From Clostridia bacterium (GTDB lineage Bacteria > Bacillota > Clostridia > Oscillospirales > CAG-272), in NCBI GenBank assembly GCA_017453285.1, contig JAFTKL010000027.1:1-46548 (forward strand): a stretch of 46,548 bases of DNA, in the 5' to 3' direction. The notes beneath the pieces were generated by a model. That model did no database searches. It was not told the origin of the DNA and was given only the letters and a program-made list of their open reading frames with translations. Both the position numbers and the translations under genes were made by a program. Below, piece by piece: positions 26,067 through 35,295 of this stretch (position 1 is the stretch's first letter; the number at the start of each line of letters is the position of its first letter).

Positions 26067-27722
26067 ATGGATAACGAAAATAACAATTTTAATGAAGAGG
26101 ATATAACCGAAACGACGGCGTCTGCGTCCGAAGAACCGTCCGTGGTCGTGACAAAGAAGAAAAAGAGATTTATCAAGCCGCTTATCATATGTGTCTCGAT
26201 CCTTGTCTCGCTTGCGATCGTTGGAGTCGCGGCATACGCGGTGCTTGCACATTTTCTGTTCTTTCCGAATTTTGCATCCGCGCTTGGCAATACGCTTGAG
26301 GCGAAGCTTGATATCGGCACTGAGTTCAGAGTCGATAAGCTGATTGACGGCGGAAAGATCACGCTCAAGGCTGAGGATATGGACGGTAAGACCGAGGATA
26401 TGAGCTTCACGCTTTCCTATAATAAAAACGGCTACGTCGCAAACGCTGCGCTTGATCGCTACAAGATAGATATAGCGATGACCGATAAGGGAATGGCATA
26501 TAGCTCCAATAAGCTCAATGACGGCACTGCTTACGGTATTTCGTTTGATAATATTGAAGAGGCGCTTGAGAATTCCGCACTCTACTACAGAAATGACGGC
26601 GATTATGCGCTGACCAAGGATGAATTCAAGGCAAAGCTCAAGACACTTGAGGCACTTGCTGAGGATGACGGGCGCATAAAGAAGGACCTGCTCATTCTTT
26701 ATTCCGAATTCTCAAAGGTATTTGAGGAGAGCGCGCTGTCGGAATATGACGTTGCGTACGGCGGCATCAAGGTCGATGGTGAGAAGAGAAATGCGAGAGC
26801 GCAGATATACGGCTTTACTGTAAAGGATCTTACTCGCTTCCTCTCGGATGCAGCGGAGAGATTTGAAGATCCCTCGCCTAAGGTCGAGGATGCGGTCGAA
26901 CGGCTTGCGAAGACCGAGGCGGCGGTGCTTATCGGTGACTATCTCGGATACAGAGTTTCGGACTGTGACGATCTTAGCGAGCTTCTGGACAAGATTGCAG
27001 ACTCTCTCGAGGCAAATTTTGATGGTGCGAAGTTCGATATCGTTGTGGGATACGTCGGAAGAGCGGTAAGTGTGATCCAATTCAAGATCACCAAGGACGA
27101 AAATCCGACCATCATTATGATAGATTTTGGCGCAGACCCCACTCGCGAGTACAAAATAGACCTTACGGTTGAGTCTAAGATCAAAAACGAAGCTACTAAG
27201 GTGCATCTTGGATATAACGTGACAAACACCGAAGATGGCTTGAGAGCAAAGGTCAGAGTTGGAAATTATATCTACTCCGACGTCAGAAACGGATATTATG
27301 AAATGAACGGTAGCGAGATCTATCTCGATTTTAACCACAAGGACGGTGAGGTGGCCTTAGTGAGTGAGACGGTAGAGGAACGCTTTGGCGAGGGACTTGA
27401 TAAGGCTGCCGTTTGGAAAACGGTTGAAAATGAGGCTTTGTTTGAGTACACCGACAGCAAGAATGAGCTGACGCTCGAACTCAAGAAGGTGACCGAGGGA
27501 GGCAAGGATACGACTCCGAAGGGTGATTACAGAATAATTATCAGCACAAAGCCCGATAGCGTTAAGCTTCCGAAATATGAAAAGGTATTCAATATGTCAG
27601 AGCGAGATTACGAGGATTATCGCGACGATGTCGCAGATTTTCTTAAGGATCTCAAGACCGACGAGTACGAGGGAATGGAAATGATCCCCGAGGAGTTCGA
27701 CCTTTCTAAATACTTCAAATAA
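26067..27722 (+). CDS. Acidic single-pass membrane protein of unknown function (paralog 2, 551 aa)
   Basis: Same architecture as paralog 1. Shared blocks include FPNFASALGNTLEAKLDIGTEF and DVAYGGIKVDGEKRNARAQIYGF..FEDPSPKVEDAVERL. Confidence 0.75.
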   Translation: MDNENNNFNEEDITETTASASEEPSVVVTKKKKRFIKPLIICVSILVSLAIVGVAAYAVLAHFLFFPNFASALGNTLEAKLDIGTEFRVDKLIDGGKITLKAEDMDGKTEDMSFTLSYNKNGYVANAALDRYKIDIAMTDKGMAYSSNKLNDGTAYGISFDNIEEALENSALYYRNDGDYALTKDEFKAKLKTLEALAEDDGRIKKDLLILYSEFSKVFEESALSEYDVAYGGIKVDGEKRNARAQIYGFTVKDLTRFLSDAAERFEDPSPKVEDAVERLAKTEAAVLIGDYLGYRVSDCDDLSELLDKIADSLEANFDGAKFDIVVGYVGRAVSVIQFKITKDENPTIIMIDFGADPTREYKIDLTVESKIKNEATKVHLGYNVTNTEDGLRAKVRVGNYIYSDVRNGYYEMNGSEIYLDFNHKDGEVALVSETVEERFGEGLDKAAVWKTVENEALFEYTDSKNELTLELKKVTEGGKDTTPKGDYRIIISTKPDSVKLPKYEKVFNMSERDYEDYRDDVADFLKDLKTDEYEGMEMIPEEFDLSKYFK

Positions 27723-27728
27723 GCAAAT

Positions 27729-27762
27729 CAAAGATCCCCGAGCTCTTTGGGGATCTTTTTTT
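27729..27762 (+). terminator. Intrinsic terminator after the acidic-protein pair
   Basis: aaagatccccgagctctttggggatcttttttt. Confidence 0.8.
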
Positions 27763-28184
27763 GTGAGCTATAATATAATAAATAATTCAATGATGCTTGA
27801 TTTTAAAAGAAATAGCAAAAATGATAACGTGACGATTTTTACAATCGATAAAACACGCCTGAAAGTACAGAAAAACTGCATGCGATCCAAAATATGAAAA
27901 ATAAGCACAAAAGTATTTGGAAAACACCTTGAAAATACTTGATGCTTGTTTTAAATATTATATTATTCGACACGGATTTTGCGAATGAGTGGGAGCTTTT
28001 TGCAAAAAAGTGCTCATAGAGCGGTTTAAAGCACCCTCAAGAAAGATATGGAAAAAGCGTGGCTGTCGGAGAACAAAAATGCATATTTTGCAATTTGTAC
28101 GGTATAAATTTTCAAAATTTACCTTTTTTCTGAGTGTTTTGTGAGAAAAAAGTGAATTTTTTTATATTTATTGTGAAAAAAGTG

Positions 28185-28213
28185 TTGACAAAACTTGCAT
28201 TTCCGAGTATAAT
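28185..28213 (+). promoter_or_regulatory. sigA-type promoter of the liv-type operon
   Basis: TTGACA (28185-28190), 17-nt spacer, TATAAT (28208-28213). Confidence 0.65.
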
Positions 28214-28270
28214 TTATACATTAAGCATTAAGATGCTAAATTTTCACTATTTTCACGAAGGAGAAAGATC

Positions 28271-29479
28271 ATGAAACTTTCAACCAAACTTTTTGCTCTT
28301 GTTCTTTCTATCGTTATGATCCTTGGTGTTTTCAGCCTTACTTCTTGTAACGCTGACAATCCCGCAAAGGACAACGAGAAGATCAAGATCGGTCTTACCG
28401 GACCTCTTACCGGTGGCGCTTCCATCTACGGAATCGCAGTTAAGAACGCAGCTAAGCTCGCAGTTGACGAGATCAACAAGGCAGGCGGTCTTGACGGTAT
28501 CCTCTTCGAGCTCGAGATGCTCGACGACAAGCACGATGCTACTACTGTTGAAAACCTTTACGCAGAGCTCTACGAGGGCGGTATGCAGGTTTCTCTCGGA
28601 ACCGTAACCACTGCTCCCGGTCTTAACTACAAGAGCTTCGCTAACGAGGACAACGTATTCTTCATCACCCCCTCCGCAACCGGTGACGCTATCCCCGAGT
28701 TCGCAAACGGCTACCAGATGTGCTTTGCAGACTCCAACCAGGGTACTGCTGCTGCTAAGTTCTTCAACGAGAACTACCAGGGCAAGAAGATCGGCGTATT
28801 CTACAAGACCGACGACGAGTACTCCGTAGGCATCTACAACAACTTCAAGAAGACTCTTGACGCATCCTTTGGTGACATCTCCGCAACCACCGCTTCTTTC
28901 AACGGTGACGCTTCCACCTTCGACTCTCAGATCCAGATCCTCAAGGACTGTGATGTCGTATTTATGCCTATCTACTACACCCCCGCTTCTCAGTTCATGA
29001 CTCAGGCTAACGGCGTAGAGAACAGCATCAAGGTTTACTACGGATGCGACGGCTTCGACGGCATTGACGCTATCGAGGGCTTTGACATCGCTACCGTTCC
29101 TCAGGAAGTTTCTTATCTCTCTCACTTCAACTCCACCGCTACCGAGGGTCCCGCTGCTGACTTCATCGCTAAGTACAACGATGCTTACGATGAGGAGAAG
29201 GAGCCCCTCAACCAGTTCGGCGCTGCTGCTTACGACTGCGTATACGCAATCTTCGAGGCTCTCAAGGTTGCTAAGGCTAACGGCAAGGACGTAGCTGCTA
29301 ACACCTCCGCTTCCGATCTCTGCGAGATCCTTAAGGAAGTATTCAACAGCGATTCCTTTGAGTTCAGAGGCATCACAGGTAAGACTGAGGGTAACGAGAA
29401 GTCCCACATCACCTGGAGCGCTGACGGTACTGTTCAGAAGGAAGCTATCAAGTACATTGTAAAGGAAGCTAACTCCTGA
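28271..29479 (+). CDS. Branched-chain amino-acid ABC transporter substrate-binding lipoprotein (LivJ/K-like)
   Basis: Lipobox (FSLTSC). IKIGLTGPLTGGASIYG and DDKHD are typical of the Peripla_BP_6 family. It is followed by livHMGF. Confidence 0.85.
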   Translation: MKLSTKLFALVLSIVMILGVFSLTSCNADNPAKDNEKIKIGLTGPLTGGASIYGIAVKNAAKLAVDEINKAGGLDGILFELEMLDDKHDATTVENLYAELYEGGMQVSLGTVTTAPGLNYKSFANEDNVFFITPSATGDAIPEFANGYQMCFADSNQGTAAAKFFNENYQGKKIGVFYKTDDEYSVGIYNNFKKTLDASFGDISATTASFNGDASTFDSQIQILKDCDVVFMPIYYTPASQFMTQANGVENSIKVYYGCDGFDGIDAIEGFDIATVPQEVSYLSHFNSTATEGPAADFIAKYNDAYDEEKEPLNQFGAAAYDCVYAIFEALKVAKANGKDVAANTSASDLCEILKEVFNSDSFEFRGITGKTEGNEKSHITWSADGTVQKEAIKYIVKEANS

Positions 29480-29577
29480 TAGGCTTGTAAGATAAGCTAT
29501 TCGATCAAAACCTTTTAACGATTGCCGATGCTTTTGCATTGGCAATCGTTTGTTAAGGTAACGAAGAAGGATTTAAT

Positions 29578-30444
29578 ATGGAACTTTTAATCACGTTCGT
29601 AAACGGTCTGAGTCTTGGCGGCATCTACGCGATGATCGCACTCGGATACACGATGGTTTACGGTATCGCAAAAATGCTTAACTTCGCACACGGCGACGTA
29701 ATAATGGTCGGCGGATATATGATCCTGCTCTTTTTGCCGATCAACCCGATCGTAGCTATAATCGCGGCGATCATCTTCTGTACCGTCGTGGGCATAGTAA
29801 TAGAAAAGGTAGCATACAAGCCGCTTCGTGGCGCATCGCCACTTGCGGTCCTTATCACAGCTATCGGTGTAAGCTACCTGCTTCAGAGCGTGGCGCAGAT
29901 CGCGTTCGGCTCTGCCTCGAGATTCGTCGTTATCGCAAATCTCGGCACTCTCAAGATCGGCAGCCTTGCAATAGGCTACAGCACTATCATAACCCTTATC
30001 TGCTCTATGATCGTAATGATCGGACTCAACCTTTTCGTTAAGTTCTCCAAGACCGGACGCGCGATGATCGCGGTTTCCGAGGACAAGGGAGCTGCGCAGC
30101 TTATGGGTATCAACGTCAATAATATAATAATGATAACTTTCGCCATCGGATCAGCACTTGCGGCACTTGCAAGCCTTTTCTTCTTGCTCAAGGCTCCCAG
30201 CATCACGCCCACCTTTGGTGCACTTCCCGGAATTAAGGCGTTCACTGCTGCGGTTATCGGCGGTATCGGCTCTATCCCCGGTGCGATGGTCGGAGGACTC
30301 TTACTCGGAGTTATCGAGTGCTTTGCGCAGTCTGTTCCAGCAATTGCGCCTTATACCGATGCAATCGAGTTTTCCATACTCATTATAATTCTCCTTGTTA
30401 AGCCCACGGGCTTGCTTGGTAAGAAGAGAAGGGAGAAGGTATAA
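29578..30444 (+). CDS. livH: Branched-chain amino-acid ABC transporter permease LivH
   Basis: 288 aa polytopic protein with GLSLGGIYAMIALGYTMVYG and NFAHGD motifs. Confidence 0.85.
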   Translation: MELLITFVNGLSLGGIYAMIALGYTMVYGIAKMLNFAHGDVIMVGGYMILLFLPINPIVAIIAAIIFCTVVGIVIEKVAYKPLRGASPLAVLITAIGVSYLLQSVAQIAFGSASRFVVIANLGTLKIGSLAIGYSTIITLICSMIVMIGLNLFVKFSKTGRAMIAVSEDKGAAQLMGINVNNIIMITFAIGSALAALASLFFLLKAPSITPTFGALPGIKAFTAAVIGGIGSIPGAMVGGLLLGVIECFAQSVPAIAPYTDAIEFSILIIILLVKPTGLLGKKRREKV

Positions 30445-31568
30445 TGAAAAACATCAAGTGGAAACATTATATAAACTACATTCTCGTCGGCATAGTCACG
30501 CTGATATTTACGATACTTGCATTTTGTGGCGCGCTCGAGAGATCCCTTCAGGTAAATCTTGAGCAGATCGCGATCGCGATGATGCTTGCGGTATCTCTCA
30601 GCCTCGTAGTAGGCTTCCTCGGTGAGCTTTCGATCGGTCACGCAGGATTTATGTGCGTGGGCGCGTACCTTGGAGGAAAGATATCCTCGATCCTCGTTCC
30701 GATACTCGGCAACGGACTTCTTGCTCTCGCCGCCTCTTTGCTTGTCGGCGGACTTTGCGCAGGTATCTGCGGATTTATCATCGGTCTTCCCGCACTCAGA
30801 CTCAAGGGCGACTATCTTGCTATCACCACTCTCGCGTTCGGCGAGATCGTCCGCGTGCTCTTCCTCAACTCGAGCTCGGAGAGCTTCGGTGGAGCTCTCG
30901 GTCTGCCGACTCCGAGATTTGACAGAAAGTATCTCTTCATCATCTGCTTCTTGATGGTGCTTCTCACGCTCTTCGTCGTGCAGAATCTTATCAGAAGTAA
31001 GCACGGACGCGCTATTACTGCTATCCGCGACAACGAGATAGCTGCAAGAGCAACAGGTATTAACGTTACAAAGTACAAGCTCGTGGGCTTTATAGTGGCG
31101 GCTATATTCGCAGGATTTGCGGGTGTGTTGTTCAGCTATACACAGCCTAATGTAAGCAGCATCACATTTAACTATAACTACTCTATCGAGATGCTCGTTA
31201 TTGTAGTTCTCGGAGGAATGGGTAACCTCACCGGCTCTCTTATCGCGGCTGCCGCTGTTACTCTCATCAACTCCTTCCTTCAGGCAAAGCTTCCCGGAGA
31301 CCTTGCAGTGCTCAAGGATCTGCTTTATGCGCTCATCCTTATCGTAGTCGTTGTCTACAGCAACTCGCCCGCACTCAAGAACTTCAGAGATAAGTACAAT
31401 CTCCGCAATCTCTTTGCCAAGTTCAGCAAGAATAAGCACGATTCCGACGACTCTACCCGTTGGGACGTCGTTCCTACCAAGATCAAGATGGATGCTATCC
31501 TCTCGACCGATATCGTAGTCAACGATCCTCAGGCAGACAAGGCGGATAAGCCAAAGGGGGATAAGTAA
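30444..31568 (+). CDS. livM: Branched-chain amino-acid ABC transporter permease LivM
   Basis: TAATG overlap with livH. It has GELSIGHAGFMCVGAY and LRLKGDYLAITTLAFGEI motifs, plus an unusual ~60-aa hydrophilic C-terminal tail. Confidence 0.85.
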   Translation: MKNIKWKHYINYILVGIVTLIFTILAFCGALERSLQVNLEQIAIAMMLAVSLSLVVGFLGELSIGHAGFMCVGAYLGGKISSILVPILGNGLLALAASLLVGGLCAGICGFIIGLPALRLKGDYLAITTLAFGEIVRVLFLNSSSESFGGALGLPTPRFDRKYLFIICFLMVLLTLFVVQNLIRSKHGRAITAIRDNEIAARATGINVTKYKLVGFIVAAIFAGFAGVLFSYTQPNVSSITFNYNYSIEMLVIVVLGGMGNLTGSLIAAAAVTLINSFLQAKLPGDLAVLKDLLYALILIVVVVYSNSPALKNFRDKYNLRNLFAKFSKNKHDSDDSTRWDVVPTKIKMDAILSTDIVVNDPQADKADKPKGDK

Positions 31569-32338
31569 TGAGTGAATTTGTACTTGAAACAAAAAATCTC
31601 GGAATATCCTTCGGCGGACTCAAGGCTGTAAATGACGTCAACCTGCAGATAAAGCAGGGCGAGATCTACGGACTTATCGGACCTAACGGCGCGGGTAAGA
31701 CCACCGTGTTCAATATTCTCACGGGCGTTTATCAGCCTACGGAGGGAACCTTCTACCTCAACGGACGCGAGCTCCGCAAGCTCCCTCAGGAGAAGATCAA
31801 CCACGCGGGTATCGCGAGAACCTTCCAGAACATCAGACTTTTTAACAATATGACCGTCCGCCGTAACGTAATGGTCGGACTTCATAACAGACCCGAGTTC
31901 AAATGCACTATGCTTGAGAGTATGCTCAGACTCCCCAGACACTTCAAGTGCGAGAGAGAGATGAAGAAAAAGGCTGTCGAGATACTTGAGATATTCGGAC
32001 TTGCAGACGAGAGGAACACGCTTGCGTGCAATCTCCCCTACGGAAAGCAGAGAAAGCTTGAGATCGCGAGAGCACTCGCGACCGAGCCTAAGCTCCTGCT
32101 CCTCGACGAGCCTGCGGCAGGTATGAACCCTCACGAGACCGAGGACCTTCGCCAGACCGTCAAGCTTCTGCGCGAGAAGTACGATATTACCATTCTGCTT
32201 ATCGAGCACGACCTCAAGTTCGTTTCGGGAATTTGTGACCGCATAACCGTTCTCAATTTCGGAACGGTCATCGCGTCGGGCAATACCAAGGATGCGCTCA
32301 GCGACCCCGAGGTCGTAAGAGCATACATCGGAAAGTGA
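31568..32338 (+). CDS. livG: Branched-chain amino-acid ABC transporter ATP-binding protein LivG
   Basis: Walker A GPNGAGKTT, signature-like LPYGKQRKLEIARAL, Walker B LLLLDEP. Confidence 0.9.
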   Translation: MSEFVLETKNLGISFGGLKAVNDVNLQIKQGEIYGLIGPNGAGKTTVFNILTGVYQPTEGTFYLNGRELRKLPQEKINHAGIARTFQNIRLFNNMTVRRNVMVGLHNRPEFKCTMLESMLRLPRHFKCEREMKKKAVEILEIFGLADERNTLACNLPYGKQRKLEIARALATEPKLLLLDEPAAGMNPHETEDLRQTVKLLREKYDITILLIEHDLKFVSGICDRITVLNFGTVIASGNTKDALSDPEVVRAYIGK

Positions 32339-32345
32339 GGACGCT

Positions 32346-33056
32346 ATGGCACTTCTTGAAGTAAAGAATATAGAGGTATACTACGGCGTTATCAACGCGC
32401 TCAAGGGCATCTCGTTTGAAGTAAACGAGGGCGAGATCGTTACTCTTATCGGTGCTAACGGCGCGGGTAAGACTACCACGATGAACAGCATTATGGGATT
32501 TATTCATCCCAAGGCGGGCGAGATCCTCTTTGAAGGTAAGAATATCGTCGGAACTCCCACGCATAAGATCATGCGTGGCGGACTTACACAGGTTCCCGAG
32601 GGACGACGCGTATTTGCAGAGCTCAACGTCTATGAAAATCTTATGATGGGGGCGTATACGTCCAAGGACAGAAGCTCGGTAAAGAAGGATCTTGACAATA
32701 TCTATTCGCTTTTCCCCAGGCTCGAGGAGAGAAAAAATCAGATGGCAGGAATGCTTTCGGGCGGCGAGCAGCAGATGCTCGCGATGGGCAGAGCTATGAT
32801 GAGCCACCCCAAGCTTCTGATGCTTGACGAGCCCTCGATGGGACTTGCGCCTATCCTTGTCTCTCAAGTATTTGATATGATCAAGCACCTCAACGAGACC
32901 GGAACTACCATTCTTCTCGTTGAACAGAACGCGGAAAAGGCACTTGCTATCGCAGACAGAGCTTACGTTATGGAGACCGGTGCGATCACGCTTTCGGGCA
33001 CTGGCGCAGAGCTCGCGGCAAGCGAGAAGGTAAGAGAAGCGTATCTCGGCGGTTGA
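32346..33056 (+). CDS. livF: Branched-chain amino-acid ABC transporter ATP-binding protein LivF
   Basis: Walker A GANGAGKTT, signature LSGGEQQML, Walker B LLMLDEP. Confidence 0.9.
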   Translation: MALLEVKNIEVYYGVINALKGISFEVNEGEIVTLIGANGAGKTTTMNSIMGFIHPKAGEILFEGKNIVGTPTHKIMRGGLTQVPEGRRVFAELNVYENLMMGAYTSKDRSSVKKDLDNIYSLFPRLEERKNQMAGMLSGGEQQMLAMGRAMMSHPKLLMLDEPSMGLAPILVSQVFDMIKHLNETGTTILLVEQNAEKALAIADRAYVMETGAITLSGTGAELAASEKVREAYLGG

Positions 33057-33077
33057 TCTGCCTAAAACAGAAAGATA

Positions 33078-33107
33078 AAAAGAGGCTGAAATTCAGCCTC
33101 TTTTTGT
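33078..33107 (+). terminator. Intrinsic terminator of the liv operon
   Basis: aaaaagaggctgaaattcagcctcttttt. Confidence 0.8.
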
Positions 33108-33216
33108 TTTGTGAAAAGTGCTGAAATTGTAAAAAGATAGGTAAAATGCTTGACAAGAACAGGAAAATGCTATACAATTTAATTGTAATATACCCGTAGC
33201 GGTAAAGGAGGAGACT

Positions 33217-35256
33217 ATGAAAAGATCTATAAGTGCGGCGATCGTGATCGCGCTCCTTTTGGGAACGGCACTGGCAATTATTCCCGCAAGCGCGGCAGAA
33301 CCCAAGCTTTCCACGAACAAAGAGACCTACACTCCCGGTGAGGCAATTCTCGTCAGCGCATCGAGTGAGAACAAATCGGGCAAGGATTGGATAGGAATTG
33401 CGCCCAAGGAGCTTACCACGGGCGGAACTATCGCGTGGGAATACGTTAGCAAGATAGTAGAGAATTACGATATAACCTGCGCGCCCAACAGAGGAAGCAG
33501 CGACGTGCTCGTTCCATATATGAATTTCCCTGCGGGAGATTACGTGGTTTATCTTATTCCCGACGATCTGACGCTCTCAAAGGCGCGCGATCAGGGAAAG
33601 ATACTCGCATCTGTCCAGATCAGCATAGTTGACGATCCGAATGCTTCGCTCAAGTCGCCGACAGCGGTGACGTATCAGCTTGACGACGCGACGAGCGGAC
33701 TCGCAGACGGCACACTGAGCATCACTCTGCCCGAGTCACACTACGCGGACGATATCTATATGTGGTGGGCAAACGATGATGGCATCCTTGAGGATTACAC
33801 CAGACTAGCGCGCTTCAAGGTACCGAGCAGAGAGACAACAGAATTTACACACAGAATGACGCCCAACACGCTTATTCCCGCTGAGGCTACAAAGCTTTTG
33901 GTCTACACCTACAGCGACAGATTTGGAATGAGTGAGGAATGCGTTGAGGTCAAGCTCCCCGAGGGCGCGGGATACGATTTCCCGACAGAAGCGCCGATCA
34001 TAGAATTTCAGTCGGTGAGTGACATACACATTGGAAGAAGCGAGTCGGCCGAGCATTTCAAACTGATGCTCGAGGACATCGTCAAGAACAGCCCGAATTC
34101 GAGCGGAATTTTTGCTAACGGTGACCTTATCGACGCGGGTAGCAATACTTCTCTTTGGGCAGAGCTTTGGTCGCTCTACGATGGCGTAGAGAACGCGCCC
34201 GATTTCTTCCCCGGAATTGGTAACCACGAATACGCTGGAATGAACTACGCCGGCGGACTTGAGAGCTTCCTTAGTAATATCCGTATGCCCGAGGGATATG
34301 CAAAGCCCGACGGAACGCAGTATTACGACGTGTGGGTAGACGGCTATCATTTTATCTTCCTTGCAGACGCTAAAACGAGCGGATGCGACATCGGAGACGA
34401 GCAGTACGATTGGCTCGAGGCTCGTCTTGCAGAGAAAAAGGACGATCGCCCCGTATTCCTTTTCTTCCATCAGCCGATGAAAAACACGGTTGCGGGAAGT
34501 ATGGAGAGCGAGGGCTGGTGGGCACTGAAGGACGACAAGAGAATGCGCGAGATCCTTGCCGAGCACCCCGAGATATTCTTCTTTAACGGACATACTCACT
34601 GGATACTCGACTCCTACAACACGATGTACGGCGGTGGTGACGAGGCGGCGATATTCAATACCTCTTCTGTAAGCTACCTCTGGCAGTCCTACGACGTGCC
34701 CACGGGCGTATATCAGGAGGGAAGTGAAGGCTTCTACGTAAAGGTCTATGAGGACAAAGTGCTCCTGCTCGGTCGCGACTTTGCGAACGGCAAGTGGGTA
34801 TCCTCGGCGCAGTTCGTCGTAAACGATAGACACACGACGCTTGAGGGTGCGAACGTGAACACCTCGGCACTCGAGGCACTTATCGGCGAGGTCGAAAAGC
34901 TCAACGAGGTAGATTATACCGAGGAGAGCTGGAGCGCACTTGCTAAGGCCCTTGAGGGCGCAAAGGCGGTGCTCGATGCCGAGACTCAGGAGGAGATAAA
35001 TTCCGCAAAGGACGCACTTGACGCGGCAGTAAAGGCACTTATCACGAAGCCCGTCGACGAGGATAAGGGTGAGGACGAAAAGCCTACCGCAAAGCCTACC
35101 GATAAGGCTGAGGACAAGACCGACGAACCTACAGAGCCTGAAGCGACCGATCCTCCGCTCAAGGACAAGAGCGGATGCGGCTCGAGCTTCTCGGCACCCG
35201 GAGTTCTGCTTTCCTGCATCGCAGCTGCGGCTCTCGTGTTCAAAAAGCGCAAATAA
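33217..35256 (+). CDS. Secreted calcineurin-like metallophosphoesterase with FIVAR-like helix domain and C-terminal Cys-motif membrane anchor (paralog 1)
   Basis: Signal peptide, then MPE motifs (SDIHIG, GDLID, GNHE, GHTH). A helical YTEESWSAL..AKDALDAAVKAL segment and a Pro/Glu/Thr linker follow. The C-terminus is GCGSSFSAPGVLLSCIAAAALVFKKRK. Confidence 0.8.
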   Translation: MKRSISAAIVIALLLGTALAIIPASAAEPKLSTNKETYTPGEAILVSASSENKSGKDWIGIAPKELTTGGTIAWEYVSKIVENYDITCAPNRGSSDVLVPYMNFPAGDYVVYLIPDDLTLSKARDQGKILASVQISIVDDPNASLKSPTAVTYQLDDATSGLADGTLSITLPESHYADDIYMWWANDDGILEDYTRLARFKVPSRETTEFTHRMTPNTLIPAEATKLLVYTYSDRFGMSEECVEVKLPEGAGYDFPTEAPIIEFQSVSDIHIGRSESAEHFKLMLEDIVKNSPNSSGIFANGDLIDAGSNTSLWAELWSLYDGVENAPDFFPGIGNHEYAGMNYAGGLESFLSNIRMPEGYAKPDGTQYYDVWVDGYHFIFLADAKTSGCDIGDEQYDWLEARLAEKKDDRPVFLFFHQPMKNTVAGSMESEGWWALKDDKRMREILAEHPEIFFFNGHTHWILDSYNTMYGGGDEAAIFNTSSVSYLWQSYDVPTGVYQEGSEGFYVKVYEDKVLLLGRDFANGKWVSSAQFVVNDRHTTLEGANVNTSALEALIGEVEKLNEVDYTEESWSALAKALEGAKAVLDAETQEEINSAKDALDAAVKALITKPVDEDKGEDEKPTAKPTDKAEDKTDEPTEPEATDPPLKDKSGCGSSFSAPGVLLSCIAAAALVFKKRK

Positions 35257-35295
35257 TTTTAAAACAGTATCAAGGAAACAAAAGGGAGAACTTTT

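Noticed and set aside
28214-28270. Possible T-box or other riboswitch leader ahead of the liv-type operon.
   Set aside because: The 5' UTR from the predicted promoter is only about 55 nt. It has no specifier or antiterminator-like structure.
28280-29545. Long antisense shadow ORFs inside real genes. Examples are 28280..29545 (-), 30351..31592 (-), 8675..9889 (-), 12968..13921 (+), 33805..34833 (-), 35311..36690 (-), 4464..5417 (+), 23947..24879 (-), 24904..25716 (-), 20331..21035 (-) and 21133..21834 (-).
   Set aside because: Each lies opposite a CDS with clear family motifs. The translations are low-complexity (Val/Arg/Leu/Ser-rich), typical of antisense frames in GC-skewed codon usage.
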